A stretch of DNA of 64,000 nucleotides from the human T2T-CHM13v2.0 reference genome, Homo sapiens. The stretch lies in NCBI RefSeq assembly GCF_009914755.1, contig NC_060936.1. One strand, given 5' to 3'. The notes below the pieces were generated by a model, which ran no database searches, was not told where the DNA came from, and worked only from the letters and a program-made list of their open reading frames with translations. Numbering within the stretch: position 1 is the first letter of the stretch; each line of letters starts with the position of its first letter. The position numbers and the translations under genes are program-made. Positions 61,012 to 64,000 of this stretch are shown piece by piece.

Positions 61012-61602
61012 TCTAAACCAAAAATAAAATTCTAAGGCCCCCCAACCATCTGAATGGACTTTCTCCTGGCCAGGGCACTTTTAAAATTTAACCTGAAAGA
61101 CTGGTTCGGGCCGTGATGGAAGGGGGTGGTCAGACATGCCTTGTTATACCTCTCCGGCATTAATATCAACACAGAATTCAGTCTGATAAGAAACATTTTA
61201 CAGCCTATTCTCTCTCAAGCCCACTACCTGAAGGCCTCCTCTGCACATCAGAACTTTGGTCTCCATAATCCTTCATCTTAACCCAGACATTTCCTTTCTA
61301 TTCATCCCAGGTCTTTAGATAAACTCAACCAATTGTCAACCAGAAAATTTTTAAATCTACCTGCAACCTGGCAGCCCCCTTCCAGTTGTCTTGCCTTTCT
61401 GAACTGAACCAGTGTATTTCCTAAATGTATTTGATTGAAGTCTCATGTCTCCCTAAAATGTATAAAACTAAGCTGCACCCCATTCGCCTTGGGTACACAT
61501 TCTCAGGATCTCCTGAGGGCTGTGTCATGGGCCATGATCACTCATGTTTGGCAGAATAAATTTCTTCAAATATTTTACAGAGTTTGACTCTTTTTGTTGA
61601 CA
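61012..61602 (+). mobile_element. MER4-family LTR (MER4B/D-like)
   Basis: aaaccaaaaataaaattctaaggcccccc start; 3' half highly similar to 62880-63608. Confidence 0.7.
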
Positions 61603-61747
61603 TAATTATGCACCGAGACTTGGGAAAGAGAAGACACTTACCGCAGTGTATTTTAATACATATGACGTTGACTTCCTGCATTTTGGTGCACAGGTCTTCA
61701 TTTTCCTGCCTCCGTTTCATGGTCACAAGATAGCTGCTGTACCCACA

Positions 61748-62180
61748 TGTCAGGCCTCTGAGCCCAAGCTAAGCCATCATATCCCCTGTGACCTGCACGT
61801 ATACATCCAGATGGCCTGAAGTAACTGAAGAATCACAGAAGAAGTGAAAATGGCCCATTCCTGCCTTAACTTATGACATCCCACCATTGTGATTTGTTGC
61901 TGCCCCACCTTAACTGAGCGATTAACCTTGTGAAATTCCTTCTCCTGGCTTAGAAACTCCCCCACTGAGCACCTTGTGACCCCCACCTATGCCTGCAAGA
62001 GAAAAACCCCTTTTGACTGTAATTTTCCACTACCCACACAAATCCTATAAAACGGCCCCACCCCTATCTCCCTTCGCTGACTCTTTCTGGACTCAGCCCG
62101 CCTGCACCCAGTTGAAATAAACAGCCTTGTTGCTCACACAAAGCCTGTTTGGTGGTCTCTTCACACGGATGCGCGTGACA
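61748..62180 (+). mobile_element. LTR7-family (HERV-H) solo LTR
   Basis: tgtcaggcctctgagcccaagctaagccatca...ggtggtctcttcacacggatgcgcgtgaca. TATA tataaaa about 62046; aataaa 62116. 5-bp TSD ccaca (61743-61747, 62181-62185). Confidence 0.92.
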
Positions 62181-62423
62181 CCACAGAGTCACATTTATAT
62201 TCCTGGCAGAAAGAGGAATATAAAGTAAAGGAAGAAGAAGGCAAATAAGCTTTGTCTTTTTATTCTGAAAAGGACACTACCCTCAGAAACCACCACCTTC
62301 ATCTTATTGCTAAAAGCAGCGTCACATGACCAGCACAAGTGCAAATGAGGATGGGAAAGTGAGTTTTTAAATTGAACACATGGCTATTTCAAATAAAAGC
62401 AGGGTTCTATTACAAAAAATGGG

Positions 62424-62457
<34 letters not shown>
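62424..62457 (+). repeat. (GT)n microsatellite
   Basis: Direct read. Confidence 0.9.
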
Positions 62458-62458
<1 letters not shown>

Positions 62459-62545
62459 GAGGGGGATATTTTTTAAATAGGCAACTAATAGTGTTGACTT
62501 CATCCAGCAATTTTACCTCCAGGAATGTATCCTATAGTGATATAT

Positions 62546-63608
<1,063 letters not shown>

Positions 63609-64000
63609 ATATCCACTGTGGCAGAAACCTGTTGGTGTCCCCACCTCAATCCCTGGGGATCCCTGCTACCATTTTGTGGTGCCCATTCCCCCAGGAGCTG
63701 TGGGTGCTGCTGGTAATGGTTTGTACCTACAACCCCAGGGGACTGGACTTGGATGATTAGAGCCACCTGGACATGAAGTTCATGGGAGTTATGTGCTGCT
63801 TTAACCAGTGACTGTCTATGGTAGGGTACAAATGTTCTGGTCCCTTGCCTAAGGGCAGACAGATTCTGCTTGCACTTTATGCTTCAGGGCTCCCGGTAGG
63901 AATAGGCTGAGTCTAGACTTCCCCTGAAACCATTCTTGCTTTCCTTCTTCCCCTCCCCTGGCCTGCTTCCCTCCCTCACCCTCCTAGATTTCTACCTAGA

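Overview
Primate (human-like) intergenic DNA that is mostly interspersed repeats: about 90 Alu copies or fragments, old L1/L2 pieces, many solo ERV LTRs and a few DNA transposons. It has no recognisable multi-exon gene. Two L1-mediated retrocopies carry intact ORFs. (1) Histone H3.5 (H3-5/H3F3C, CDS 48633-49040, minus) is a full-length H3F3B mRNA retrocopy with target-site duplication (TSD) and poly(A); from memory this places the window at human 12p11.21. (2) An IFITM3 retrocopy (CDS 11556-11957, plus) keeps a full 133-aa ORF with all known functional motifs, a perfect ISRE carried in from the parental 5' leader, and a poly(A) signal. It lies next to AP-1-rich LTR8 and LTR10 elements. Upstream of H3.5, in the same orientation, are a MER41 LTR (GAS, IRF and RFX-like motifs) and an LTR12C (9 CCAAT boxes), both candidate regulatory donors. 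There are also two U6 snRNA retro-pseudogenes, one a 24-nt tailless insert. Almost all other ORFs in the track are Alu, LTR or microsatellite artefacts. The best candidate for an under-described system is a possibly interferon/AP-1-inducible, coding-competent IFITM3 retrogene; this is a hypothesis, not something the sequence proves. Repeat family names come from recalled consensus sequences and need RepeatMasker/Dfam confirmation.
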